Positions 46,824 to 57,214 are shown, counted from the first letter of the stretch. The stretch is 64,000 nt of DNA from an uncultured Candidatus Saccharibacteria bacterium (GCA_964632215.1 CAZWBG010000001.1:174589-238588); one strand, 5' to 3'. Numbers and translations: made by a program. The notes: generated by a model not told the origin, from the sequence alone.

Positions 46824-48035
46824 TTAGTTGGCGAGTAGGAAGGTGTTTTTGCCTTTTTTAATGAGGCTTGGAGCTTTTACGCTTCGGTCTGCGGTAATCT
46901 TTTCGCCATTTACGGTAATCGCACCACCTGCTATGAGGCGCCTGGCCTCACTTTTACTACCAGTAATTTTCGACATCACTAGTGCATCTATAACGTTTCC
47001 GGCGGTTGTTGTAGGAATCTCCTCAGCAAGCATAGCTAGGTCTTCCTCTAAAAGCTGTTCAAATGGAGTGTCGCCGAACAATACAGCGGTGACGTTTCGA
47101 GCACTTTGCGCCTTAGCTTCACCGTGCGCAAGTAGGGTCACTTCGTATGCTAATTGCTTTTGCGCAGCTCTCGCACCTGGGTTCTTTTTAAACTCAGCCA
47201 TTAGTGCTTCTAGCTCTGGGGGTTGAATAAGTGTGTAAATTTTAAGGTAATCTTCTACGCCTGCATCATCAACATTCAGCCAGAACTGATAAAACTTGTA
47301 TGGACTGGTTTTAGTGGGGTCAAGCCACACGGCACCATCTTCAGACTTACCAAACTTTACTCCAGTCGTTTTGTTAACAACAAGTGGCGTAGACCACACA
47401 TGCGCCTCAGCGCCTTCAAGTTTACGGATCATCTCAACCCCAGCCAAGCTATTACCCCACTGGTCGGCCCCACATAGCTGTAGTGTAACGCCCTTTTCAC
47501 GGAAGAGATGTAGAAAATCGTAACCTTGAATCAAGGAGTAACTAAATTCTGCGTAACTAATACCGCTACCACCTTCACCAATACGAGCTTTGATGAATTC
47601 CCTATCCAGCAGTTGTGTCATGGAAAAGTACTTACCAATGTTACGCAGAAAATCCATATAACTAATGTCTTTAAACCAGTCGTAATTGTTAACGATCTCG
47701 AATGGTTCACCCGCAAAAACTGTCTTATACTGTGCCGATATTCCTGTAATATTCTTTTCAATTTCATCAAGTTCTTTTAGATTACGTTCTTGCTTTTTAC
47801 CATCTGGATCACCAACTAAGCCCGTTGCCCCGCCCACCAGTAACACAGCCCTGTGACCATGGCTAATAAAGTGGCGAACCATCATTGCAGCCGCCAGGTT
47901 ACCAATAGTCATAGAATCAGCGCTCGGATCTACTCCCCAGTAGAAAGTGAGTGGTTGCTTGTCTAGTGTCGTTACATCTTTAAATGTGGTTTGGTTTACA
48001 AATCCGCGCCAGGTGAGTTCTTCTGAAAGTGTCAT
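46824..48035 (-). CDS. tyrS: Tyrosine--tRNA ligase
   Basis: The KFGKS motif (KMSKS-type), a C-terminal S4-like domain (SEARRLIAGGAITVNG), and GADQWGN. Confidence 0.93.
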   Translation of the reverse strand: MTLSEELTWRGFVNQTTFKDVTTLDKQPLTFYWGVDPSADSMTIGNLAAAMMVRHFISHGHRAVLLVGGATGLVGDPDGKKQERNLKELDEIEKNITGISAQYKTVFAGEPFEIVNNYDWFKDISYMDFLRNIGKYFSMTQLLDREFIKARIGEGGSGISYAEFSYSLIQGYDFLHLFREKGVTLQLCGADQWGNSLAGVEMIRKLEGAEAHVWSTPLVVNKTTGVKFGKSEDGAVWLDPTKTSPYKFYQFWLNVDDAGVEDYLKIYTLIQPPELEALMAEFKKNPGARAAQKQLAYEVTLLAHGEAKAQSARNVTAVLFGDTPFEQLLEEDLAMLAEEIPTTTAGNVIDALVMSKITGSKSEARRLIAGGAITVNGEKITADRSVKAPSLIKKGKNTFLLAN

Positions 48036-48219
48036 TTATATTCCTTTATTCAATTACATTACAAACATTCGTGAGGTATTAAAAATGTGCCCTAGTGGGC
48101 ATAAGTCTGATATTCACAACTGTAACAGAATTGTTTCATCTAAAAGCTAGTATACACTCTTCGTAAAAGCTCACAAAATGCTATACTGGTTACCATAAGC
48201 ATGAGGTACAATTAACTAT

Positions 48220-50874
48220 ATGAAAAAAGATTCTAGCAAGGGTTCTGTTCGCAAGCCCGCTAAACGCAAAAGTGCCCTTGCGGTCTACAGTAATCTGGGT
48301 AGTAAACGTAAGTCCAAGGCAGATGCTAAATCCCGACAAAAGGCCGAGTTCTTAGCAACACTCCCGAAGTCTCGAATTAAACGAATACTCTATCGCCTCA
48401 GCCCAAAGCGCTTCTTTAGGTACTGGTTTAGTAAAGAGGGTGCACTGATGGCACTAAAGATCGCTGGCCTTGGTCTAGCACTCTTTTTGATTCTTATCGT
48501 GGTCATCTTTGCGGTTTTTAGAAAAGACCTTGCGATTGGTCCAGATGAGCTTACTAAACGAGTTCAGAGCCGTACAACTAAGTTTTACGACAGAACTGGG
48601 CAAGTTCTCCTTTATGAACTGTACAAAGACCAAGAGCTGACTTTTGTGCAACCAGATCAGATCTCTGACAATATGAAGTGGGCAACGGTAGCTATTGAAG
48701 ATAAAGACTTTTACAAACACGGTGGTTTTGATGTTCGTGGTATTGCCCGCTCTGTCTTAAATAACGCTAGTGGCGGTGGCAAACAAGGTGCCTCTACTAT
48801 CACCCAGCAACTAGCTCGCAACGTTATCTTGGAAGACAACACGCGTAGTGGATTAGCTGGCTACACCCGAAAACTCAAGGAGTTAATTCTCTCGGTTGAG
48901 CTAGAAAGAACTTATTCTAAAGATGAGATTCTTAACTACTACCTCAACTCTATCGGGTATGGTGGTACTGCCTACGGGGTTGAGTCAGCTTCGAAACGCT
49001 ACTTTGGCAAATCCGCTAAAGACCTTTCTATAGATGAAGCCGCCTACATTGCTGCTATTCCGCAGTACCCAAGCTTATATGACAAAAATAGTCCAAGTTT
49101 TGACGGCGAGACCACGCTCGCTCGTCAGCAGACAGTAATTGATTACATGCGCGACCAAGGCTATATTACGACAGAGCAAGCTGATGAAGCTAAGCAGGTA
49201 GATATTTTGGCTAAAATACAAAGACCTGACGATAAGGTGGATATTAAAGCGCCCCACTTTGTGAACGAGATTATTAAAAACCTCGAGGGTGAATATGGTG
49301 CAGATAACGTCCGTAAGGGCGGCTGGCGCATTGTCACGACCCTTGACTGGGATATGCAACAACTTGCCGAAAAAGCGATTACAGAGAATATGAATGCCGT
49401 AGAACGGTACAACGGTAATAATGCTGCAATGGTGGCGGTCGATGTACCGACAAACCAGGTACTCACTATGGCTGGTAGTCGAGATTTCCTCTACCCTGGC
49501 TATGGTAGTTTCAACGCCGCTACGTCTAATTTACAGCCTGGTTCTAGTCTTAAGCCATTTGTTTACAGCACACTCTTTGAGGGTAACCAATACGGGCCAG
49601 GTAGCGTGATCCCTGACAGCAGGCAATGCTGGTACGTTACTATCTGTCCGAATAACTTCGACAAACGTTTCAGGGGAAACATTAGTATCCGTCAGTCACT
49701 GGCTGAATCACGTAACTTACCTGCCATGAAAGCTGCTGATATTGCTGGCATGGGTACGATTATAGAACGTCTGAAAGCTGCAGGCGAAACAAACATCACT
49801 TGTGGGCAAGCCAATGAATGTTCAGACCCATTCTTAGCAATTGGTGCTGGTACGGTACGACTCGACGAGCATACTGCTGCCTATGCTACATTGGCTCGTG
49901 GTGGTGTTGCAAAACCACTGACATACATACTCAAGATCGAGAAACCGAATGGTGAAGTTGTAAAAGAATGGAAAGACGCGGCCGGTACCCCTGTATTTGG
50001 AGATAAAGGTGAAGAGATCAGTTACCTTGTAAGTGACATGCTTGCAGATAATAATGCACGCCGCGTTACCTTTGGAAACCCTGTTGGCTTCAACCCTAAT
50101 GGTGTAAAAGCAGCTGTAAAAACCGGTACAACAGATAATGCAAAAGATGGTTGGATGATGGGCTACTCTCCTAATCTAGCGGTGGGTGTCTGGATTGGAC
50201 GAGCCGATGGTGTGGCTATGGGTAATAACGCCGTTACGCACTTGCAAACTGGCCCGATGTTTGGACAATTCATGGAACAAGCGCACAAGCAGGTTATGAG
50301 CAAACCTCAGTACGGCTGGAAGACTAATGCCTGGTTTACACAGCCCAAAGGCATACAGAAGCTTAATATTGCTGGTAAAACTGATCTTTTCCAATCATGG
50401 TTCCGCAAACCAAAAGAAGGCACCAAAGCCTTCCTGATGGACCGTGTATCTAAAAAACTTGCCACCGATTGTACGCCAGAGGCCGCCAAAGAAGAGATTA
50501 AGGTTCCGTCCTTAAGTGATCCACTCAAAGCTAATAGCGAGGTTCTAGGCACACCTCCAGCTGGCTACGACATACAGAACAAAGACGATGTGCACCTATG
50601 TGGCGATCCACAGGCTACAGCTAGTCTATCACTTACCCAAACAAGTGGACGTACCTACAAAATTGAAACCAATATTACTGCTGGCAAGTTCCCTATTCAA
50701 ACAGTTGACTTCATTGTTAACGGACAAGTGGTTAGCACCCAACCAGCTGCCGGTGGGGCCACCTATACAGCTGAGTATACTTTCCCCGACTCTGGTTCAT
50801 ACACCATTCAAATACGAACAACTGACCAGGGTTACTACCAAACTACGGCCCAACAAGTACAACCAATTCCATAG
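48220..50874 (+). CDS. Class A penicillin-binding protein (glycosyltransferase plus transpeptidase) with C-terminal extension
   Basis: GT51 motifs EDKDFYKHGGFD and RKLKELILSVELE. Transpeptidase motifs SSLKP (SxxK), SRN and KTGT. Confidence 0.93.
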   Translation: MKKDSSKGSVRKPAKRKSALAVYSNLGSKRKSKADAKSRQKAEFLATLPKSRIKRILYRLSPKRFFRYWFSKEGALMALKIAGLGLALFLILIVVIFAVFRKDLAIGPDELTKRVQSRTTKFYDRTGQVLLYELYKDQELTFVQPDQISDNMKWATVAIEDKDFYKHGGFDVRGIARSVLNNASGGGKQGASTITQQLARNVILEDNTRSGLAGYTRKLKELILSVELERTYSKDEILNYYLNSIGYGGTAYGVESASKRYFGKSAKDLSIDEAAYIAAIPQYPSLYDKNSPSFDGETTLARQQTVIDYMRDQGYITTEQADEAKQVDILAKIQRPDDKVDIKAPHFVNEIIKNLEGEYGADNVRKGGWRIVTTLDWDMQQLAEKAITENMNAVERYNGNNAAMVAVDVPTNQVLTMAGSRDFLYPGYGSFNAATSNLQPGSSLKPFVYSTLFEGNQYGPGSVIPDSRQCWYVTICPNNFDKRFRGNISIRQSLAESRNLPAMKAADIAGMGTIIERLKAAGETNITCGQANECSDPFLAIGAGTVRLDEHTAAYATLARGGVAKPLTYILKIEKPNGEVVKEWKDAAGTPVFGDKGEEISYLVSDMLADNNARRVTFGNPVGFNPNGVKAAVKTGTTDNAKDGWMMGYSPNLAVGVWIGRADGVAMGNNAVTHLQTGPMFGQFMEQAHKQVMSKPQYGWKTNAWFTQPKGIQKLNIAGKTDLFQSWFRKPKEGTKAFLMDRVSKKLATDCTPEAAKEEIKVPSLSDPLKANSEVLGTPPAGYDIQNKDDVHLCGDPQATASLSLTQTSGRTYKIETNITAGKFPIQTVDFIVNGQVVSTQPAAGGATYTAEYTFPDSGSYTIQIRTTDQGYYQTTAQQVQPIP

Positions 50875-50892
50875 GTTTTATAGTCGGTATGA

Positions 50893-51705
50893 TTATTGGT
50901 TATTGATAGTTTCGAGTAATTTATCTTCCGGTGTAGCTGGACGCCTCCGAGCTCGTGATTGCGGGACAACTCGTGGATGTTGAGACTGTTTCTTTTCAGC
51001 CACAGGAGCAGCTTTACGACGCACATCAATCCTTTTGGCAAACATCATCCTACCAGCGGCAGTCTGTAATGTACGCGTGAATTCAACCTTGACAGATTTA
51101 CCGTGCATATTACCAGCCTTGTCTACAACTACCATAGTACCGTCGTCTAAGTAGCCGATACCCTGGCTACTTTCCTGACCTTTTTGTACAATCTTAAGTT
51201 CGGCGATTTCACCCGGCAAATGAGAAGAACGAATATTTTGAGCCAGCGCATTAATATTAAGTACTCGAACACCTTCAATCTCTGCCACCTTAAGTAGATT
51301 AAAATCAGTCGTGTAGAGCAAGGCTCCTCGCTTCAACGCTACTTGTACCAACTTCTCATCAACCCCTTTTAGCTCCTTAATGTCATCAGAGATGATCTGC
51401 ACCTCTGCCTGACGACTATCTTGCAGGTCTTGTATAACTTGCAATCCGTAGCGGGCGCGCTCACGCTTCAAATGGTCTGCTTTATCTGCCAATAACTGCA
51501 GCTCGGCAATCACAAAGCGTGGCACAAGCAGTTCTACCGGCACAAAGCCTGAGCGTACTACTTCACTAATACGGCCGTCCATGAGGGCACAAGTATCTAA
51601 TAAAACTGCTGAGCCTTTTTTCTGAGGTTTTGGTATTAATTTCCAGAGTACATAGCCGTTCATGACGAGCAGCACTAATAGTGTTAAAAAAATTAAAAAA
51701 TTCAT
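50893..51705 (-). CDS. PIN/TRAM-domain protein (YacL-like)
   Basis: N-terminal TM helix, PIN-like LLDTCALMDGR, and a C-terminal TRAM-like beta domain. Located downstream of radA, as in Firmicutes. Confidence 0.75.
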   Translation of the reverse strand: MNFLIFLTLLVLLVMNGYVLWKLIPKPQKKGSAVLLDTCALMDGRISEVVRSGFVPVELLVPRFVIAELQLLADKADHLKRERARYGLQVIQDLQDSRQAEVQIISDDIKELKGVDEKLVQVALKRGALLYTTDFNLLKVAEIEGVRVLNINALAQNIRSSHLPGEIAELKIVQKGQESSQGIGYLDDGTMVVVDKAGNMHGKSVKVEFTRTLQTAAGRMMFAKRIDVRRKAAPVAEKKQSQHPRVVPQSRARRRPATPEDKLLETINNQ

Positions 51706-51729
51706 ATGTTTCCTTACGTTTATCTTTTG

Positions 51730-53073
51730 TTATGGTGTCAAATAGGTATTGAGCGCGTCGCGGATACTGGAAATCGGTTGGAGGAGTTTTGATTTTGTAT
51801 CTGCCCTTGGTCCGATTGCCGCCTTAAAACCAAGCTGATCTGCTTCCTTAAGACGCTTGTCTACGTGTGGTACATGGCGCACCTCGCCTGAGAGTCCTAC
51901 CTCTCCAAATACTACAGCATCTTTTTTCAGTTGCATACCCCTTGCAGCTGATGCTATGGCCATGCAAATAGCTAAATCTGCAGCTGGCTCGGTAATTTTA
52001 ATACCACCAACAATATTAATATAAATATCATACTCGCTCAGGTCTAGCTTTGTACGCCGTGTTAACACAGCGGCAAGCAAGTTAAGCCTGTTAAGATCAA
52101 AGCCAGATGCCGTGCGCTTTGGGTATCCAAATGATGTTTTATTTACCAACGCCTGCACCTCTACTAAAATTGGGCGAGTGCCTTCCATGGCCGCCAATAC
52201 AATAGAGCCGTCTGCCACCTGTCGCTCAGCTAGTAATAAGGCAGAAGGGTTATTTACCACTTCTAGGCCTTTTTCGGTCATATCAAAAATACCCACTTCA
52301 GCCGTTGAGCCATAACGATTCTTCACAGCACGCAGAACTTTAAAGCCACCATAGCGATCACCCTCAAGATTAATTACTACATCTACTAAATGTTCGAGTA
52401 GTTTTGGTCCGGCAATACTACCCTCTTTAGTAACGTGGCCGACAAGAATTAAGGTAGTTTTTGTCTGCTTAGCGGCCTGTGTTAATAAATAAGTACTGTT
52501 TGTAATTTGGCTTACGCTGCCAGGAGCTGATGACACAGCACTACACGAGATAGTTTGAATAGAATCAACTATCAGCACCTCGTAACCGCCCTCAAGCATT
52601 GTCTGGGCTATATCGTCACTACTCGTAGAGCTCGCAAGCATCACACCATGTTTACCCGAGGTAATACGACCCGAACGCAGACTAATCTGCTCGAGCGACT
52701 CCTCACCACTGACATACAGTACCTTGTACTGCGTTGCCAAATGAGCCGCTAATTGCATCAGGAGAGTACTCTTACCTATGCCTGGTTGGCCAGCAATTAA
52801 GTTCACGCTACCGCTCACAAAACCGCCACCTAGTACATTGTCGACATCTGCCACACCTGTTACCAGCCGAGTCGCCTTTTGGCTCTTGGTAATTTTACCA
52901 ACTTCAGTTGGCTTCAAGGCCGTACCCTTTACCGCAGCCAATGCTGCATCACGAGAGGCGGGCAGAGCTTCTACAAGACTATTCCAAGCACCACACACTG
53001 AACAGCGACCCGCCCATTTGCTATGGGAGGCACCACATTCTTGACACGTAAATTGCATTGTTTTTTTAGCCAT
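51730..53073 (-). CDS. radA: DNA repair protein RadA/Sms
   Basis: Zinc finger CQECGASHSKWAGRCSVCGAW, Walker A GQPGIGKST, and the KNRYG motif. Confidence 0.96.
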   Translation of the reverse strand: MAKKTMQFTCQECGASHSKWAGRCSVCGAWNSLVEALPASRDAALAAVKGTALKPTEVGKITKSQKATRLVTGVADVDNVLGGGFVSGSVNLIAGQPGIGKSTLLMQLAAHLATQYKVLYVSGEESLEQISLRSGRITSGKHGVMLASSTSSDDIAQTMLEGGYEVLIVDSIQTISCSAVSSAPGSVSQITNSTYLLTQAAKQTKTTLILVGHVTKEGSIAGPKLLEHLVDVVINLEGDRYGGFKVLRAVKNRYGSTAEVGIFDMTEKGLEVVNNPSALLLAERQVADGSIVLAAMEGTRPILVEVQALVNKTSFGYPKRTASGFDLNRLNLLAAVLTRRTKLDLSEYDIYINIVGGIKITEPAADLAICMAIASAARGMQLKKDAVVFGEVGLSGEVRHVPHVDKRLKEADQLGFKAAIGPRADTKSKLLQPISSIRDALNTYLTP

Positions 53074-53102
53074 ATTCTACCCTTAGTATACCACCGCACT
53101 CC

Positions 53103-54062
53103 CTAGAGTGACTGATAGTTGCTGTTAAGTTGCTGGACAAGTCTATTTTGAGCCGTTGCCAAACCATTTCGCTTTTCTACAATTTGGTTATAAGCGGTAA
53201 CTGTGTCTTTTAACTGACTTACATTCGCGTTATATGTCTGAATCAGTGCATTGTAGGCTGGCACAGCTGCGTTGTACTCACTAAGAGCGCCCTGGTTCTT
53301 AAGCGTTTCCAATTGGTTACGCTGTGTCTGAATCTGAGCCTGTTCGTACGCCAAAGTTGATTCAAGATCATCATTACTAATCTTCAAATCCATAAGCTGT
53401 TGGTCGTATGCTTTAATTTGTTGGTCTATATCAGTAAAGGTTTTCTCGTATTGCTGGGCATATGCAACGATTTTTTGCCTATCCTGAAAGTACACTTTGT
53501 AATGCTGCTCTAATTCTGGTGAAAGTTGGGCAACTTCAGTACCAAAAATTGAATGTAGTTCGTTAAGTACCTCGGTCGGTTCCGTTTTTTGATACAGCGC
53601 AATCGTGTCTCTCAGGCGTGGGTTAGTAATCTTCTTCTCCTCTGCCAAAAGTAGCTGATCGAGTTTTTTACGCTCACTAACCGAGAGTCGCTCGTAAGCT
53701 CCATGCAACATCTCATGAGCCGCCGTAACTTCTTTAACACCATTAAACTGCGGATCCTTTACATCATAGACATAAAACCGCTGAGCCGTGTAACAACCCA
53801 GGACAATACTTTGTTCGTGAGCTACATCGGCACAGGAAATATTGAATTTGTCGGCAGATTGAACCTCGGGCTGACTGGCTTTGTATATAAAACTGCCTTG
53901 ACTCGTCAAATCCAGCTTGTTCTCAAGTGCCGCAGCAGCGGGCTGCAAGGAACTGGTTCGTACAATGTATTGGTCTCGCATCCACTGCAGATTGAATAAA
54001 ATCAGCAGACCAACACCTACCAGAACCAATATACTCACCAATGGAAAAACTTTACGTTTCAT
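53103..54062 (-). CDS. Hypothetical membrane-anchored protein with an HExxH motif and a Q/N-rich coiled-coil C-terminus
   Basis: N-terminal TM helix (FPLVSILVLVGVGLLILF), TAAHEMLHGAYE, and a long heptad-like C-terminal half. Confidence 0.55.
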   Translation of the reverse strand: MKRKVFPLVSILVLVGVGLLILFNLQWMRDQYIVRTSSLQPAAAALENKLDLTSQGSFIYKASQPEVQSADKFNISCADVAHEQSIVLGCYTAQRFYVYDVKDPQFNGVKEVTAAHEMLHGAYERLSVSERKKLDQLLLAEEKKITNPRLRDTIALYQKTEPTEVLNELHSIFGTEVAQLSPELEQHYKVYFQDRQKIVAYAQQYEKTFTDIDQQIKAYDQQLMDLKISNDDLESTLAYEQAQIQTQRNQLETLKNQGALSEYNAAVPAYNALIQTYNANVSQLKDTVTAYNQIVEKRNGLATAQNRLVQQLNSNYQSL

Positions 54063-54084
54063 ACGTGTATGATACTATCAAGCG

Positions 54085-56583
54085 CTAGCCAAGTACAGGT
54101 GTGGCAGAGGTAGTACTAAAGATTAGTTCATCTTTTTTAGTGTTCACCACAATCACATTATGGTCTTTGTACGTACCTTTTAGTAGATTTTCTGCCAAAT
54201 AATCCTCAACTTCGTCCTGCAGTACTCGCCGCAAGCTTCTGACACCTGTTTGAGCGTTATAGCCCTTGTTTAGTAGCCATTTTTTAGCATTTACGTGAAT
54301 CTGTAAAGACAGTTTGTGCTGAGCTATAAGTCGGTCATTTAACTCAGCTATCTGTAGATCTAGCACCTTACGTGCCTCAGCCGTCGTTAACGCTCGGAAG
54401 ACGACGATCTTGTCTATACGGTTAATGAGCTCTGGGCGCATCGTTTCCTTTAGCTCTTCCATCACGCGTTCTTTATTGTGCTCGTGTAGTTCGTCTAGAT
54501 CATTCAGCTCGCTCTTGCTCTCCGCTCTAAATCCCATCACCGATTCACGCCTAAGGCTATCAGCACCCACATTACCAGTCATAATAATAACGGTATTGGT
54601 AAAATCAACCTGGCGACCCTTAGCGTCAGTTAAAATACCATCTTCAAGGATTTGCAGCAGCATATTAAAGATATCGGGGTGAGCTTTTTCAATCTCGTCT
54701 AAAAGAATTAAGCTATACGGGTTACGTCTTACTTTATCTGTTAATTGCCCACCTTCGTCATAACCTACGTAGCCCGCAGGCGCACCGACAAGCCGAGAGG
54801 CCGTGTGACGCTCACTAAATTCACTCATATCAATTTTAATCAGCGAGTCTTCACGTTCATATAATTCACGAGCCAGAACACGAGCTAATTCAGTTTTACC
54901 AACACCCGTTGGACCCAGGAAGATGAAAGAGCCAATTGGCCGACGGCGATCGCTAATTCCCGAACGATTACGGCGAATAGCTCGGGCTACCGTATTAAGA
55001 GCTTCGGTCTGCCCAATAACTGAACGGGCCAACTGCTTCTCTAGCGCGAGCAAGTAACCAGCTTCCCGCTTCAAAATACGCTGCGTCGGTATTCCGGTAA
55101 TCAGCGAGACAGTACTCGCTAAATCTTGCTCAGTCATCATTAATTTGGTGCGAGTTTTATGACGCTTCTTCTCAAGCTGCGTATCAAGCTCAGCCAACTT
55201 TACCTTATGACGAGCTGCAGCTTCAAAATTCTCATGGCCAACTGCTTCTTCCATACGTTGGCGAGTGAGCTTAATTTCTTTAAGTAGTTGACGCTGAGAT
55301 TGAGGCACCTTAGCCCGCTCTACTCGAATATGTGCAGCTGTTTCATCTAATAAGTCGAGTGCTTTGTCTGGCATAAAACGCTCGTTCATATAGCGGTCAC
55401 TCAGGTACACGGTTTTTTCCACGACTTCATCTTCAATCTTAATATTATGATGAAGTTCATAACTTGGCTTTAAGCCTTTTAGTATCTCGACAGTCTCCTG
55501 AATACTCGGAGGGTGAACGTGAACTGTCTGGAAACGCCTATCTAACGCTGCATCTTTTTCAATGCTTTTCTGATACTCGTCAATAGTCGTAGCACCAATA
55601 ACACGCATAGTTCCACGGGCCAAGACTGGTTTTAGAATATTAGCAGCATCTAAAGCACCTTCGGCAGCTCCAGCACCAACTAGTAAGTGAATTTCATCAA
55701 TAAATACAATAACTCTGTCATCATGTGCAACCTCCTGCATAATTGCCTTGAGTCGTTCTTCAAACTCACCGCGATATTTTGTACCAGCAATCATACCCGC
55801 AAGATCAAGCATAATCACTCGTTTATCGAGTAAGTTCTCAGGAACCTTTTCAGCAACAATATGCTGGGCTAAACCTTCAACTATGGCAGTCTTACCAACA
55901 CCGGGTTCACCGATTAAAATAGGGTTATTTTTGGTACGTCGAGAAAGAATCGTAATCACGCGCTGCAACTCTTTGCGCCGCCCGATAACAGGGTCAAGCC
56001 TACCTTTTTTTGCTTCTTCCGTTAAGTCTGTACCGAAGTAGTCAAGCGCACTTTTACCTGATTTGCTCTTTTGCTGGGTTGCTTGCGTAGAACCATCAGC
56101 TTCACCTTCATACTCAAAGCGTTGTTGGTTTAAATACGTCTCTAACTCAACCGTTAATTCTTCAACATTAATATTCATGTCACGCAGGAGCACATTCGCT
56201 CGAGCATTCTTTTGAATCAAAATACTATAGAGAATATGCTCAGTACCACAATATTCCTGCTGGAATTCTCGTGCGATCTCCCAACTGGTTCGTAGTGTTA
56301 ACTTTGCAGCTTCACTCAGGCCCTTGCTGTTGCCAATACTTATAACGAGTGTTTTAGGTGTTAATTTCAAAGCCGTGCGTGCTCGATCGAGCGTTACGCC
56401 AGAAGTTTCGAGCAACTTAGCACCGATAGAGGAGTCTTGACTAAGAACACCTAATAAGATGTGTTCTGTACCGATATACGAGCTACCCAGGTTACGCGAA
56501 ATGGTTTCAGCCTGCTGCAAACTGGACCGAGCATTTTCAGTCAGTCGGTTGAGAAACTCGTTAAAATCACGACTTGTCTGCAT
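54085..56583 (-). CDS. clpC: ATP-dependent Clp protease ATP-binding subunit ClpC
   Basis: Clp_N repeats, two AAA+ modules ([16 protein letters not shown]), and a UVR-like linker. Confidence 0.96.
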   Translation of the reverse strand: MQTSRDFNEFLNRLTENARSSLQQAETISRNLGSSYIGTEHILLGVLSQDSSIGAKLLETSGVTLDRARTALKLTPKTLVISIGNSKGLSEAAKLTLRTSWEIAREFQQEYCGTEHILYSILIQKNARANVLLRDMNINVEELTVELETYLNQQRFEYEGEADGSTQATQQKSKSGKSALDYFGTDLTEEAKKGRLDPVIGRRKELQRVITILSRRTKNNPILIGEPGVGKTAIVEGLAQHIVAEKVPENLLDKRVIMLDLAGMIAGTKYRGEFEERLKAIMQEVAHDDRVIVFIDEIHLLVGAGAAEGALDAANILKPVLARGTMRVIGATTIDEYQKSIEKDAALDRRFQTVHVHPPSIQETVEILKGLKPSYELHHNIKIEDEVVEKTVYLSDRYMNERFMPDKALDLLDETAAHIRVERAKVPQSQRQLLKEIKLTRQRMEEAVGHENFEAAARHKVKLAELDTQLEKKRHKTRTKLMMTEQDLASTVSLITGIPTQRILKREAGYLLALEKQLARSVIGQTEALNTVARAIRRNRSGISDRRRPIGSFIFLGPTGVGKTELARVLARELYEREDSLIKIDMSEFSERHTASRLVGAPAGYVGYDEGGQLTDKVRRNPYSLILLDEIEKAHPDIFNMLLQILEDGILTDAKGRQVDFTNTVIIMTGNVGADSLRRESVMGFRAESKSELNDLDELHEHNKERVMEELKETMRPELINRIDKIVVFRALTTAEARKVLDLQIAELNDRLIAQHKLSLQIHVNAKKWLLNKGYNAQTGVRSLRRVLQDEVEDYLAENLLKGTYKDHNVIVVNTKKDELIFSTTSATPVLG

Positions 56584-56632
56584 ATGGCTATTGTACTCCT
56601 ACTGAGAATGATATTCGATATCCCATAACCCC

Positions 56633-56675
56633 ATTATACTAATTTAGCACTCCTCATACAAGAGTGCTAAATTAG
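56633..56675 (-). promoter_or_regulatory. Perfect CIRCE (HrcA operator) embedded in the clpC promoter
   Basis: TTAGCACTC (56644-56652), N9, GAGTGCTAA (56662-56670), extended to a 14-bp perfect inverted repeat at 56639-56675. The minus strand reads CTAATTTAGCACTC-TTGTATGAG-GAGTGCTAAATTAG-TATAAT, giving -35 TTGTAT, a 17-nt spacer and -10 TATAAT. Confidence 0.85.
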
Positions 56676-56676
56676 A

Positions 56677-57207
56677 TCAATCATCAAAGTCTGGTTCGGC
56701 CAGGAACTTCGCTGGTGACCTACGCTCGCCAGTCCACCCATCTCTGCTGTAGAAGTATTTGTCTTCAAGATAATCTCTTCTCAACCCGCCGAAGTTGCCG
56801 AGTATCCAGCCAGGAAAGTCGGCCTGATCAAAATAGCACATCGCCCTCTCTACATATTCTAGGCTTCCACCTTCGATAGACTCTTCTGCTAGATCATCGA
56901 GAGCAGATAAAAAGTTTAGGCTTCTTGCCTGAGGCCCAAGCCTATCACTGGCATCCTCATGCATCACCTGTAATACAACCGGCACAATATTGACATATAT
57001 TTCATCAGAAGCTTCGGATAGGGCAATTCTTAGAATTGATCGGTGCAGGTGTCCACCCCAGCTCTCAGCCAGCTCTGCCCAGACCCATTCCTCCTCTACC
57101 ACATCTCGCATAAAGTCGCGGCACTCGCCAACTGTTACGAAGTGTACTGGAGTTGAGTCTCTGTTTCGCCATATAGATGAGTCAAACTCTGTGGCCGGGA
57201 TCTCCAT
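56677..57207 (-). CDS. Hypothetical protein (176 aa) co-oriented directly downstream of nusA
   Basis: The ORF-track start at 57243 overlaps nusA. ATG at 57207 lies 7 nt after the nusA TAA. No family recognised. Confidence 0.55.
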   Translation of the reverse strand: MEIPATEFDSSIWRNRDSTPVHFVTVGECRDFMRDVVEEEWVWAELAESWGGHLHRSILRIALSEASDEIYVNIVPVVLQVMHEDASDRLGPQARSLNFLSALDDLAEESIEGGSLEYVERAMCYFDQADFPGWILGNFGGLRRDYLEDKYFYSRDGWTGERRSPAKFLAEPDFDD

Positions 57208-57214
57208 ACAACTC

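Noticed and set aside
2533-48219. T-box leaders upstream of trpS, hisS and tyrS.
   Set aside because: The upstream regions are too short (about 45-180 nt). They lack the specifier-loop and T-box (GGUGGUACCGCG-like) sequences.
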